Assembly: GCA_003154195.1 (NCBI GenBank)
Contig: PMCS01000025.1
Location: forward strand, 16,662-80,661
Direction: 5' to 3'
DNA length: 64,000 bases
Source: Candidatus Omnitrophota bacterium
Lineage (GTDB): Bacteria > Omnitrophota > Gorgyraeia > Duberdicusellales > 4484-171
The notes below the pieces were generated by a model. That model saw only the letters and a program-made list of their open reading frames with translations, searched no databases and had not been told where the DNA came from. Below, one piece after another: positions 37,675 to 47,102 of this stretch (within the stretch, counting starts at the first letter, position 1; each line of letters starts with the position of its first letter). The position numbers were made by a program, and so were the translations under genes.

Positions 37675-38406
37675 ATGCAGGAAGCAAACAAAAACCATAA
37701 GGTCTCTCTTTTTATCCCGATCTTTAACGAAAAAGACGTCATCGAGCGGTATATCAATACGCTCCGGCATATTTTAAAAAGAATACCCCTGGCTTACGAA
37801 ATATTTATCGTCAACGACTCTTCCCGCGACAACGTGCGGCATATTTTAGAAAAAATCCACGCCTCGAACCGGGAAGTTACGCTTCTCAATTATGAAATCG
37901 GCCCTACCCGCAGGGAGAACCTCGCGCAATCTTTCCGGAAGGCAAACGGCGATATTATAGTTTTTGTGGATGTCGATCTCGCCGCCAGCCTGCGTTTTTT
38001 GCAGGATTTAATCGACCAGATAATCCTTGGTTACGATATCGCGACGGGAAGCCGTTATGTTTGTGGCGCTAAAATAAAAAGAAAACCATTCCGGCTGGTA
38101 ATAAGCATCCTGTATAATGCTTTTGTGCGAATAGTTTTTAGAACAAAAATCCGCGACCACATGTGCGGATTCAAGGCTTTTAAAAAGGGGGTGATTCTGC
38201 GGCTGGTGGATGAGATGGGTTACGATAAGACGCTTAAGCGCGGCGTGTTCTGGGATACCGAGATGTTAGTAAGGGCGATAAGGCGCGGCTATCGGATAAA
38301 AGAGATACCTATCTGGTGGAACGAGCGGAATAAAAGCAAACTTTATTTTATCAGAGAAGTCAAAGCTTTCGGTTATATTTTAAATTTTATGGCGAAGCCT
38401 CATTAA
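37675..38406 (+). CDS. GT2 polyprenol-phosphate glycosyltransferase-like
   Basis: IPIFNE, NDSSRD, DVD, GSRY, DHMCGFKAF, DTE. Confidence 0.9.
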   Translation: MQEANKNHKVSLFIPIFNEKDVIERYINTLRHILKRIPLAYEIFIVNDSSRDNVRHILEKIHASNREVTLLNYEIGPTRRENLAQSFRKANGDIIVFVDVDLAASLRFLQDLIDQIILGYDIATGSRYVCGAKIKRKPFRLVISILYNAFVRIVFRTKIRDHMCGFKAFKKGVILRLVDEMGYDKTLKRGVFWDTEMLVRAIRRGYRIKEIPIWWNERNKSKLYFIREVKAFGYILNFMAKPH

Positions 38407-38459
38407 TAAATAAAACTTTCTTCATCTGCCGAAGAAAATTGAACCGAGGAGTTGTTTCC

Positions 38460-39821
38460 ATGCGTATCGGCGCCCAAAAATGGCAAAAAAACTATTGGCT
38501 TTCGTTTATGGTAATAAGTTTATTTTTAACAATATATCTTATTATTATCGGTTACCCGATTATAAATTGGGATTCGCAAAGGTATTTAAGAGGGGCGCTT
38601 TTTTTCCAAACCTGCCCCTTTGCCCTGACCTCAGTCTGTTACTTGTTTCATCCGCTGGTCGCCATCACGGGAGCCTGGGGATTTGCAATTATTCAGATAA
38701 TTTTATTAGCGTATGTTACAGTATCGTCTTCGCAATTCTTTCATAAAAGTTTTATCGTGGGGCTTATCGCGATAATAATGTCCGCGGCCGCCTATTATGC
38801 TATTTCCGTGATGATGGATATTTATACCGCCGCCGGCTTATTAGTATTATTCCTCATCTTGAACGGCAACAAAAATATTTTTCTTTATATTACCTTAAGT
38901 TTATGTTTCCTGGCTCACTATGAGAACATTCCGCTGTTCCTTCTTTCCGCCGTAGCATACTGGATAATATTTCACCGGAAGAAAATTAGCTCTGCCCTGA
39001 TTTCGATAATAATAACCTTTATTATTTCCATCATAAGCGTTGTCCTAACAGGTTATTTAAAGGGGGATGATTTTATATTTTTTTCGAAAGCGCGATATGC
39101 CATGACTGTGCCGCGCCTTATGGCCGATTACCCTGACGCCGCCCGTTCCTATATGAAAAAATACCCCGATTCCTATATTGGCAAGCACAAAGAATTTTAT
39201 GAATTTGCTCTCACCGCCGGAGAACCTTCTCACGCCTTGCTTTGGGGAGACTGGCAAGGTGAAAAAGGGCTGGGCTATCAGCCCGTCGACGATAACCTTT
39301 TTAAAGAAACCAGAAGTTTTATCGTGTATGTTTTGAGCAACTACAAGCGGGAATTGCTAAAGAATACCCTGAAGAATACCTGCAGGTTTTTGCTATGGCC
39401 GGGGTACGAGCCGGGGCTGAATACCCATCGCGCAGCAATCAAACAGTGCGTAGGGGATTTACTTCCCGGCCAACTTAAAAGCGCGTTAAATTCTCTACCC
39501 TATAAATCCAACGAAGAACAATTCCCCATCCGTTTAAAAGCGCTCTATGGACTATGTTATTATGCAAGTTTCCCGGTTATTCTGCTCTTTATTTTCCTTT
39601 CTTTCATCAATCGCAAAATAAAAAATTTAGAATATTATCCATTTGTGGTTTTTGCGGCCATCGTTATACTGGTGAATGCCCTATTAATGTCTAACGTTAT
39701 CGAGACATCACTGAGATATCAACTACGGATCATGCTCCTGCCCTGCCTTGCCATGAATTTAATCGTCGCGGATTTGCTTAAACGCCATTTTGCCAATAAA
39801 GGATTTTTAAATAATGGATAA
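38460..39821 (+). CDS. Polytopic membrane protein, putative GT-C glycosyltransferase (paralog)
   Basis: GYPIINWDSQRY, MMDIY, AHYEN, RYQLR; ATG at 38460 with GAGGAG upstream. Confidence 0.7.
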   Translation: MRIGAQKWQKNYWLSFMVISLFLTIYLIIIGYPIINWDSQRYLRGALFFQTCPFALTSVCYLFHPLVAITGAWGFAIIQIILLAYVTVSSSQFFHKSFIVGLIAIIMSAAAYYAISVMMDIYTAAGLLVLFLILNGNKNIFLYITLSLCFLAHYENIPLFLLSAVAYWIIFHRKKISSALISIIITFIISIISVVLTGYLKGDDFIFFSKARYAMTVPRLMADYPDAARSYMKKYPDSYIGKHKEFYEFALTAGEPSHALLWGDWQGEKGLGYQPVDDNLFKETRSFIVYVLSNYKRELLKNTLKNTCRFLLWPGYEPGLNTHRAAIKQCVGDLLPGQLKSALNSLPYKSNEEQFPIRLKALYGLCYYASFPVILLFIFLSFINRKIKNLEYYPFVVFAAIVILVNALLMSNVIETSLRYQLRIMLLPCLAMNLIVADLLKRHFANKGFLNNG

Positions 39822-40569
39822 AAAACTTATTGTTATTATTCCCGCCTTTAACGAAGAAAATTTTATCACTTCGGCGATAAAGGAAATCCCCAGAAAGATC
39901 AACGGTATCGGCAGTATCGAGGTTGTTGTCGTAAATGACGGGAGCAGTGATGGCACGGTTAAAGCGGCGCGCAACGCCGAAGCCGGTAAAATCATCGATT
40001 TGGGCGGCCATCGCGGTTTAGGCGCGGCCATTCGGGCCGGATTAAGCTATGGCGTGGATAACGACGCGGATATCATCGTTATCTTCGACGCCGATTGCCA
40101 ATATTACGGGAAGGATATCGAAAAAATAGTTGCGCCGGTTTTAGCAGGAACTGGCCAGGTTGTAATCGGCCAAAGAAATTTCAGGAAAATAAAAACTTAC
40201 CCTTTTTATATGAGATTATCGCAGCGAATCGGCAACGGGCTCACCGGATTTATTTTCGGGGCAGATGTCCAGGATATCGCTTCCAGCCTCCGCGCCTACC
40301 GCAAAGAAACCGCGAAGCTATTGCTTGAAAACCTCCACAATCCCTATGAGGAAGCAATCGAATCGGTGTGTTTTATGGCCGAAAAAAATATTCCTATCGC
40401 CTGGATACCGGTTAATATCCGCTACCCTACCCGCCCATCTCGGTTGATTACCAGCAAGTTTTATTTTGTGAAATATTTTTTTACGACCCTGGCTGATTAT
40501 TTTTTTGCTTCGCGAAAAAATAATCAGTCGGCCGCTTGCGCGGAAAGGAACAGAAAGGTTTTTCGATAG
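39814..40569 (+). CDS. GT2 polyprenol-phosphate glycosyltransferase-like
   Basis: IPAFNEE, NDGSSDGT, DADCQY, R.SRL. Confidence 0.9.
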   Translation: MDKKLIVIIPAFNEENFITSAIKEIPRKINGIGSIEVVVVNDGSSDGTVKAARNAEAGKIIDLGGHRGLGAAIRAGLSYGVDNDADIIVIFDADCQYYGKDIEKIVAPVLAGTGQVVIGQRNFRKIKTYPFYMRLSQRIGNGLTGFIFGADVQDIASSLRAYRKETAKLLLENLHNPYEEAIESVCFMAEKNIPIAWIPVNIRYPTRPSRLITSKFYFVKYFFTTLADYFFASRKNNQSAACAERNRKVFR

Positions 40570-40588
40570 TTGTCCTGAATAAACCCGA

Positions 40589-41275
40589 TTATTTATCCTG
40601 GCTGTTGTATGCGCACGCCAGAAACGTCAGCGTCCGGTTTTTTGTCGCGTCACGCCGGTGCGAAGGGAAACCGCGCCGGTCACAAAAGCTGCATAAGCCA
40701 ATATCGCAAAAATTGCCTCCTTTCACCCCCCGGCGCATTAACCGGGAACGGGCAAAACCGATGGGATCAAAATAGATACAATCGTTTTCTTTCGTAAGAA
40801 AATCATCAAAACCGCGATAGGTAAGAAATTCTTCCCCCACGCGATAGCAACACTTGCGCAGCCCCACCCCGGCAACAACCTTAAATGCCGCCAAGTCGTA
40901 AGGTATATTATCCAGAATACCTTCCCTGGCCGAGCGCCATCCCATGTGTACCACCCCGGCAACTCCGGCTTTCTCGCTTACAAAAATAAGCGGCAGGCAA
41001 TCGGCGGTTTTAACAATAAGCGGATGGTTTTTATCTTTCGTAAAAAGCGCGTCTCCTTCGTAAATGCCGGGCTTTGACACCTCATAGACAATCGAAGAAT
41101 GGATTTGTTTCATATAGCTTGCTTCGCCGCCGCATCGCAAGACGGATAATACTTTCGCGATATCATCGGGAAGTTTACCTTTTATCTTTTTACCGGTAAA
41201 GCCGGCGATAAACGCGCCGGCAAAAAAATCTTCCAAAAAAAAGCAATCTTTTTTCTTAAATACCTTCAATTTCAA
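40589..41275 (-). CDS. pgeF: YfiH/PgeF-family (laccase-domain) protein
   Basis: QIHS, GDALFT, TADCLP, HMGWR, C.FC, SHRR. Confidence 0.88.
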   Translation of the reverse strand: MKLKVFKKKDCFFLEDFFAGAFIAGFTGKKIKGKLPDDIAKVLSVLRCGGEASYMKQIHSSIVYEVSKPGIYEGDALFTKDKNHPLIVKTADCLPLIFVSEKAGVAGVVHMGWRSAREGILDNIPYDLAAFKVVAGVGLRKCCYRVGEEFLTYRGFDDFLTKENDCIYFDPIGFARSRLMRRGVKGGNFCDIGLCSFCDRRGFPSHRRDATKNRTLTFLACAYNSQDK

Positions 41276-41477
41276 CCACCTTATCCCGGTTCGTTTCTCC
41301 CCGGACTATCGTGACAGCGCTCTTTTTTACCGCAAAATAATCGGCAAGGACTTCACAAAGTTTTTTATTGGCTCTTCCCTCGATGGCGGGTTCGTTGAGA
41401 TAAACCTTTAAGTTATCGGGCAGTTTCTCGATACGTTCCTTCTTCGCGCGGGGAACTACTCTTACCTTGATACGCAT
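41256..41477 (-). CDS. DUF167 (YggU/UPF0235) protein
   Basis: VRVVPRAK, PAIEGRAN, GETNRDK. Confidence 0.9.
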   Translation of the reverse strand: MRIKVRVVPRAKKERIEKLPDNLKVYLNEPAIEGRANKKLCEVLADYFAVKKSAVTIVRGETNRDKVVEIEGI

Positions 41478-41497
41478 GATATATCGTTTGGGTGGAT

Positions 41498-41668
41498 TAC
41501 CGCCGACTTCATCGGCAGCTTCTCCTAAATGATCCCGCCAAACTGCGGCGGCCCGCCTTGATGAGCCATAAGGCCCACGGCTTCGCCGTGAGGCGAGCGA
41601 GGCAGGGATTATTTGCCCCGCATCAATCCGCCGAATAAATTCGGCGGTTTTCTGCGGTTCAAATAAAA
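41498..41668. repeat. Cluster of GC-rich REP-like hairpins
   Basis: CCGCCGAC..TCGGCAG, CACGGCTTCGCCGTG, CCGCCGAATAAATTCGGCGG. Confidence 0.55.
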
Positions 41669-42611
41669 ATCACCGGCCGGTTATTTATTTAGTTTCGCCA
41701 ATATTTTCTTAGCGCGGTCTTCTAACTTTTTCGCCCGGCCTTCGTCTTCGCAATTTCGTACCACCTTTGCCGTCTTTTCCAAAACTTCGGCAACCGGTGC
41801 GCTATCTTTACCGTAAACCTTTTCGGCTATCTCCAGTATTTTTTTATAAATAAACAAAGCTTCGGAATTTTTCCCCTGCTCCGCGTATAGCCCGGCCAGG
41901 TTATGAAGGCTTAAAATCGTCTCGGAATGATTTGGGCCGAAAATTTTCTCTTTTATCTCCAGGACGCGCTTGCAATATATATCCGCTTCCATAAACCGGC
42001 GCTCAATCCGATAAAGCCCGGCTAAGCTATCAATGGTAGCGACGGTATCGGGGTGGTGAGAGCCTAACGTAGCTTCTCTTATCGTCAGGGTTTGTTTATA
42101 AAAATTCTCCGCGCTTTGGTATTCTTTCTTCGCGTCGTATAGTTTAGCTAAATTATCCAGAGGGCAAGCGGTAAAAGGGTGGATTTTACCGGCGGCACCC
42201 TCCAAGATCCCCAGCGAACGCTGGTAAAACGATTCCGCCTCGGTAAAACGGCCCTCGAAATCGTAAAGGGCGCCGAAGTTGTTAAGGATGCAGCCTTCAT
42301 CCAGCTTCCCGCTCCCGAAGCAGTTCTGCAATATAACCAGTGTTTTATTATAAAGAGTTTCGGCCTCGGAGTATACTTCCTGCGCCTCATAGAGCAAAGC
42401 GAAATTATTAAAAACCGGTACCGATTCATAACTATCCGGCCCGTATATTTTTCCGATTATCGCCAGGGATTCATTATAATACTTAGTTGCCTCATCCAGG
42501 CGCCCCTGTAGATAACAATGAATACCGAAATTGTTCAACGTCATCGTCTCGTCCACTTGGCTATACCGCTCTTCGCTGTCCGGCCTTTCTTTAGGGAATT
42601 ATATACTTAGC

Positions 42612-43310
42612 TCAACCAATGCGGTCTTTTTTGGAGTAAAGGCGGCCTATATCGTAAGGGGATACTCTAAACTTAGTGCCATGATTACGTAGCCCTTTGC
42701 TTTCTGGCTTAGCTTCTCTTACGTCAAAATCTATCTTAACCGTTCCGCGGACAACTTCATCAATGAAAGAGCTTAATTCAAGGTTTTCGTAAGAATCAGC
42801 GCGATTGTAAACAATTTTTTGCCCTGTTCTTACACCTTTTACTAAAATCAAGCGGCGTAATTTGGCTCCCGCCGAGCTCATAATATCATCATCAGTCCAA
42901 TAAGGAACCGCGCCGTTTCCGTCAAGTCGGCGAATTATTATCTGGTGAGAATCTGCTTCTACTTTGAACCTATCTGATTTGCCCGCTATGGTATGTCTAA
43001 AGCTAAGACGTCCCATATCGTCTTTCCATCCCCATTTACTAACCATAAGCCTAATAACATTATCGGGGCGTGGCTCTTTGTGGAATAGAGTAATAAGGTT
43101 TGTTTTTTCTGTATAAAATTTTAATTCCCATCCAAGAGTATCAGGAATATCTTTATTACCTGTTCTTAATCCAAGAAGGTCTTCGAGGTAAAGTCCAGGG
43201 GCCCCTGTTCCGATATATCGCTTATCGGGCATTATGTATTCTTTATGCTGAATAATTTCGGAAATTCGTGCAAACAGCTCTTTTTTTGTTGTTGGAGCTA
43301 TGATACTCAT
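42612..43310 (-). CDS. MvaI/BcnI-family type II restriction endonuclease
   Basis: G.PG..LEDLLG...N.DIPD..GWELK, ITLF, RNHGTKFR. Confidence 0.82.
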   Translation of the reverse strand: MSIIAPTTKKELFARISEIIQHKEYIMPDKRYIGTGAPGLYLEDLLGLRTGNKDIPDTLGWELKFYTEKTNLITLFHKEPRPDNVIRLMVSKWGWKDDMGRLSFRHTIAGKSDRFKVEADSHQIIIRRLDGNGAVPYWTDDDIMSSAGAKLRRLILVKGVRTGQKIVYNRADSYENLELSSFIDEVVRGTVKIDFDVREAKPESKGLRNHGTKFRVSPYDIGRLYSKKDRIG

Positions 43311-44122
43311 TTTTTAAGTAACCTCCCCTGGGCTTCAATGCGTTCCCTTGCTAATTTGCAATAATCTTTTGATAGTTCAAGACCTACCCAATCTCTTCCA
43401 CATACTTCGGCGGCAATAGCCGTAGTGCCCGAACCCATAAAGGGATCGAGAACAATTTTTCCCGTAGTAGACTGAATACATCTTTGCGCCAATTCAACAG
43501 GAAAGGGCGCAGGGTGAGGATTATTATTTTCTTGAGGAATAATCCACACGTCCCCCACGGCATTAGCCTTTGGCGCAAGTTTAAAATTAGGCTTGCATAT
43601 AAGATAGATAACTTCATAAGTGGGAAGAAAATACCCAGAATTAAAATTTATGCCGCCGTTACGTTTCCAAATAATGATTTGCCGAATCGGAAATCCCTGA
43701 ACAATATCATGCCGGTCTTGCATTACGCCGCCTTGAACCCGCCATTTATGATTGTAGAATATCGCTCCATCCTCCCGTAAAACTCTCATCATCGCAGTAA
43801 GGCAATTTCTTTGCCATTCAACATATTCATCGTGGGGCATATCGTCATTATGATTTTCATAACCATTTACAAGCTGAGCATTTTTCCATTTACCGCCTCG
43901 CGGGTCTTTCATTCCATTGCCGGTGCTATTCCGAAGATTATAGGGGGGGGAGGTAACAATTAAGTCTATTGACCCTGTAGGCATTTTGTTCATCAACGCA
44001 AGGCTGTCCCCACAATGAACTTTATTAAGCCATTGCTTCAAAACATTGGGAGAAATCGTCTTGGTGGCGGCTTTTAAAAGTTGGCTAAAAGTAGCAGCAA
44101 CAGAGAAAGGTTTTGTAATCAT
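43307..44122 (-). CDS. Beta-class N4/N6 DNA methyltransferase (probably m4C)
   Basis: TSPPYN precedes HPAPFP and DPFMGSGTT. Confidence 0.93.
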   Translation of the reverse strand: MITKPFSVAATFSQLLKAATKTISPNVLKQWLNKVHCGDSLALMNKMPTGSIDLIVTSPPYNLRNSTGNGMKDPRGGKWKNAQLVNGYENHNDDMPHDEYVEWQRNCLTAMMRVLREDGAIFYNHKWRVQGGVMQDRHDIVQGFPIRQIIIWKRNGGINFNSGYFLPTYEVIYLICKPNFKLAPKANAVGDVWIIPQENNNPHPAPFPVELAQRCIQSTTGKIVLDPFMGSGTTAIAAEVCGRDWVGLELSKDYCKLARERIEAQGRLLKK

Positions 44123-45030
44123 GCGATTAACCCTTTATACGATAGGCGTCTTCCTGCTACTGATTCTAACAGATAATTTAATCGTTCGCAACCTTTCATT
44201 TCGGCCATGCCAAAACGCGTTTCAAACTCTGATAAATAACGGTGCAGATGTTTCCAGCTTAAATGATGGAATGTTCCGTAATAACCACGTTTTAACAATG
44301 CCCAAAAAGATTCCATACCGTTCGTATGAGCTTGCCCGCGGACATACTCACCCATAGAATGATTAACGCTGTAATGGTTATAGTCTTTAATTCCGAGGTA
44401 AGAACGATGGTCATCTGTGTAAAGAGTTGTTCCTGTTGCAACATTTTCTTGTATAAAATTATGCAATTCATTCTTTTCAGTATTCGGAACCATCTTAATT
44501 TTAACCCTGCCAGACCTTTCACGTATTCCAGCTACAGCCTGTTTCCCTGCTGGCCCACGGCCCAAATCAGACTTTTTATTAAAATGTTTATTTTTCTCTT
44601 TACCTCCAAGATAAGTTTCGTCAGCTTCGACAGTTCCACTTAACGGGCCACCAGTTGCACCCATTCCCTCGGCTACATCACGAAGACGACCTAACATGAA
44701 CCATGCTGTTTTTTGCGTTACGCCTATTTCCCGCGCTAATTGGCAACTGCTGATACCTTTACGATTGCTGGTGATGAGCCATGCGGCAGAAAACCATTTG
44801 CGAAGCGGTAAACGGCTTTCTTCAAAAATAGTTCCCTTGCGAACGGAAAATGTCTTATTACAATCGGCGCATTTATAGACATAACACCGTTTGATATGAT
44901 GTATCTTTCGGCTGCTTCCGCAACAAGGACACACTATCCCGGTGGGCCAACGTAAACTTTCGAGGTGTTTGATGCAAGATTCTTCGGTAGGAAATTTCTT
45001 CATTAAATCGTAAAGACTATTCGCTTCCAT
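44119..45030 (-). CDS. IS1595-family transposase
   Basis: Zn ribbon CPCC..CADC, HTH QKTAW, VEADETY, YTDD, HTNGMESFW, YL.EF..R. Confidence 0.95.
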   Translation of the reverse strand: MEANSLYDLMKKFPTEESCIKHLESLRWPTGIVCPCCGSSRKIHHIKRCYVYKCADCNKTFSVRKGTIFEESRLPLRKWFSAAWLITSNRKGISSCQLAREIGVTQKTAWFMLGRLRDVAEGMGATGGPLSGTVEADETYLGGKEKNKHFNKKSDLGRGPAGKQAVAGIRERSGRVKIKMVPNTEKNELHNFIQENVATGTTLYTDDHRSYLGIKDYNHYSVNHSMGEYVRGQAHTNGMESFWALLKRGYYGTFHHLSWKHLHRYLSEFETRFGMAEMKGCERLNYLLESVAGRRLSYKGLIA

Positions 45031-45060
45031 AATGGGCCTCCTTATTTACCTTACACACCC

Positions 45061-45089
45061 ATTATACCATACCTTTATGGTTGTGTCAA
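45061..45089 (-). promoter_or_regulatory. Consensus sigma70 promoter overlapping the IS terminal repeat
   Basis: The - strand reads TTGACA-17 nt-TATAAT with an extended TG; AAGGAGG RBS precedes the transposase ATG. Confidence 0.85.
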
Positions 45090-45379
45090 GTATATAAGTC
45101 CCTTTCTTTAAGTATCTTTATAATTTTCATCGCTTTATCGAAAAGAGTTTCCGCCTCGGCAAACTTAGCTTGCAAATCGAAAAGAACCGCCAGATTACTG
45201 ACATAGGGCACCAACGATTGATGCATCGTGCCGTAAGTCTGTTCGGCGCCGATTAGTATTTTTTCCGCCCCTTCCAGAGCCCGGCTGTAAAAACCTTTCT
45301 GATAAAGTTCAAAAACCTTTTCATTGATACTGGTAACCGAAGGAATTAATATTTTTGAAAGTCGGGCCATATTTTTTTA

Positions 45380-45482
45380 ATAACCAAAAAACTAAAAAAC
45401 CTAAGAACCTAAAAACAAAAAATTGGATGGCGAAAAATATTTACCGGTTTCAGGTTCTTCAGTTCTTTAGTTTTTCGGTTAT
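45380..45482. repeat. Short-period inverted repeat element overlapping the coaC 3' end
   Basis: ATAACCAAAAAACTAAAAAACCTAAGAACCT ... AGGTTCTTCAGTTCTTTAGTTTTTCGGTTAT. Confidence 0.65.
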
Positions 45483-46013
45483 CTTCTCAAAAATCTCTTC
45501 CGGTTCAGGCATCCGGCCGTCGCCGCACGCACCGCAGGCAAGCTCACCCTTTTCCGGCGGCATAATCATATACTTTCCTAACCGCCTTAATTTATCGGCG
45601 TTATCCTGAATAATTTTATTCTGCCACATCTTTTCATTCATCGCCGGAACCAGCAAAACATTGACCTTATCCGAGAAAGCGCAAACAACCGTCGTCAGCA
45701 GATTATCGCAGATTCCTCCGGCAATTTTAGAAAGGGTATTAGCCGTCAGCGGCGCGATAACACATAAATCCGGCCAGTCGGCAAGAGAAATATGCTCGAC
45801 GCCTTCCCGGCGGTCAAGCGAAAACATATCCGTATACACTGGATTATTTGACAATGCCTGAAAAACAAGAGGCGAAACAAATTTTGCCGCCGCTTCAGTC
45901 ATAACCACCTTCACGCTATATCCGCCTTTAACCAATAACCTTACCAATTCGCAGGTTTTATAACTGGCGATCCCGGCACACACTCCGACTAATATATTTT
46001 TTCCTTTTTTCAT
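45459..46013 (-). CDS. coaC: Phosphopantothenoylcysteine decarboxylase (stand-alone)
   Basis: GIASYK, EHISL, APLTAN, PAMNEKMW, LACG..GDGRM. Confidence 0.9.
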   Translation of the reverse strand: MKKGKNILVGVCAGIASYKTCELVRLLVKGGYSVKVVMTEAAAKFVSPLVFQALSNNPVYTDMFSLDRREGVEHISLADWPDLCVIAPLTANTLSKIAGGICDNLLTTVVCAFSDKVNVLLVPAMNEKMWQNKIIQDNADKLRRLGKYMIMPPEKGELACGACGDGRMPEPEEIFEKITEKLKN

Positions 46014-46124
46014 ATACATCTCCTTCTCCCATTACTGTCGATTGATCCACAGAACATTCTTTTATTCTTTATAATAGACGCTCCGTTTATTCGTTTAATG
46101 CAAGTTTTATTAAGCCGACTAGAT

Positions 46125-47102
46125 TTAACGCGATTCCATTCGGATATCGAAAACACCGTTGATTAAGGAAATTCTCTTCTTTCGCACAATCTGATTATTT
46201 TCTTTATCCATAGTTTGGATTAATTTAATAATATCTTGATTGCCCGCCGCTTGCGCGATGTCCCGCGCATTCTTGCCATCTTTATTTTTTCGCTCCACAT
46301 CGGCTCCATTTTTTATCAAAATATCGGCAATCTCTTTTTGATTATTATGGCAAGCATACATCAGGGCTGTCCAACCGCTACTGTTTGACTCATCAAGATA
46401 TACGTGCTGATCGCTAAGAAGTAATTTCACAATATCCTCATGGCCTTCGCGAACGGCTAATGCCAACGGAGCGTTGCCGGTCATCGGATCGCCTCCCCCC
46501 TTACCTGTGCTATTGGCGCTGGCTTTATTCGCCATAAGAATTTTCACTATTTCTGTATACCCATTCTGTGCGGCAATTTGCAATGGGGTTAAAGCCGGTA
46601 TGTCTCTTCCATAAAATAAGCTCGGGTTTATGTCCGGCTTTACGCCGTTTTTCAATAGCCGTTTAACTTTTTCTAAATTATTTTGTTCTACGGCGGCTAC
46701 TAAACTACTATATAATTTTTTCGCAATATCCAATTTTGCCCTTATTAATTTTATCGCCTCATTAGGGCCGGTATTATCGGCGCCAATTGAATAATAAACA
46801 AAAGGATCACCAGCCTGGACATCGGCGCCTTTATCTAATAAATAATTAACTATATCAAGGTGCCCCGCGAAAGCGGCAGCCACTAAGGCTGTCTGGCCTT
46901 TAGAAGTAGCATAATTTACATCGGTGCCTTGCTCAACTAAAGATTTGACTTCGGCTAATTGGCCTTTTTCAGCGGGTAGTACCAGGTTATGGCGTGGCGC
47001 CTTGTCAAATAACTCGGCGTTATTTTTTTTACCATACCCCGCAGAAGGCCCACTAAGGCTAACCAAAATTATTAAGCCAAATAATTGCAAAATCTTTTTC
47101 AT
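46125..47102 (-). CDS. Secreted ankyrin-repeat protein
   Basis: Signal peptide; TALVAAA..GHLDIV, TPLQIAA, TALMYAC; ATG at 47102 abuts the coaB stop. Confidence 0.88.
   Translation of the reverse strand: MKKILQLFGLIILVSLSGPSAGYGKKNNAELFDKAPRHNLVLPAEKGQLAEVKSLVEQGTDVNYATSKGQTALVAAAFAGHLDIVNYLLDKGADVQAGDPFVYYSIGADNTGPNEAIKLIRAKLDIAKKLYSSLVAAVEQNNLEKVKRLLKNGVKPDINPSLFYGRDIPALTPLQIAAQNGYTEIVKILMANKASANSTGKGGGDPMTGNAPLALAVREGHEDIVKLLLSDQHVYLDESNSSGWTALMYACHNNQKEIADILIKNGADVERKNKDGKNARDIAQAAGNQDIIKLIQTMDKENNQIVRKKRISLINGVFDIRMESR

Larger units (their letters stand above)
42594..45102 (-). mobile_element. IS1595-family element with passenger restriction-modification genes (2509 bp)
   Basis: 25-bp terminal inverted repeats at 42594-42618 and 45078-45102 (21/25 match); 8-bp TSD TTTCTTTA at 42586-42593 and 45103-45110. 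Confidence 0.95.
41681..45370 (-). pseudogene. Kinesin-light-chain-type TPR gene interrupted by the IS1595 element (5' part 45103-45370, 3' part 41681-42593)
   Basis: Removing the IS and one TSD copy gives a continuous frame ...KIIKILKERPDSEERYSQVDETMTLNN..., 390 aa. Confidence 0.9.

Noticed and set aside
41480-41680. 6S or SRP RNA
   Set aside because: Several short independent hairpins rather than one long rod, and no SRP loop motif recognised.
42594-45102. Inferring nuclease specificity from site avoidance
   Set aside because: Both CCAGG (~43196) and CCCGG (~44938) occur in the element, so avoidance is uninformative by eye.
45086-45370. 94-aa ORF as an independent gene
   Set aside because: It is the 5' half of the IS-interrupted TPR gene; its last residues and stop come from the TIR.
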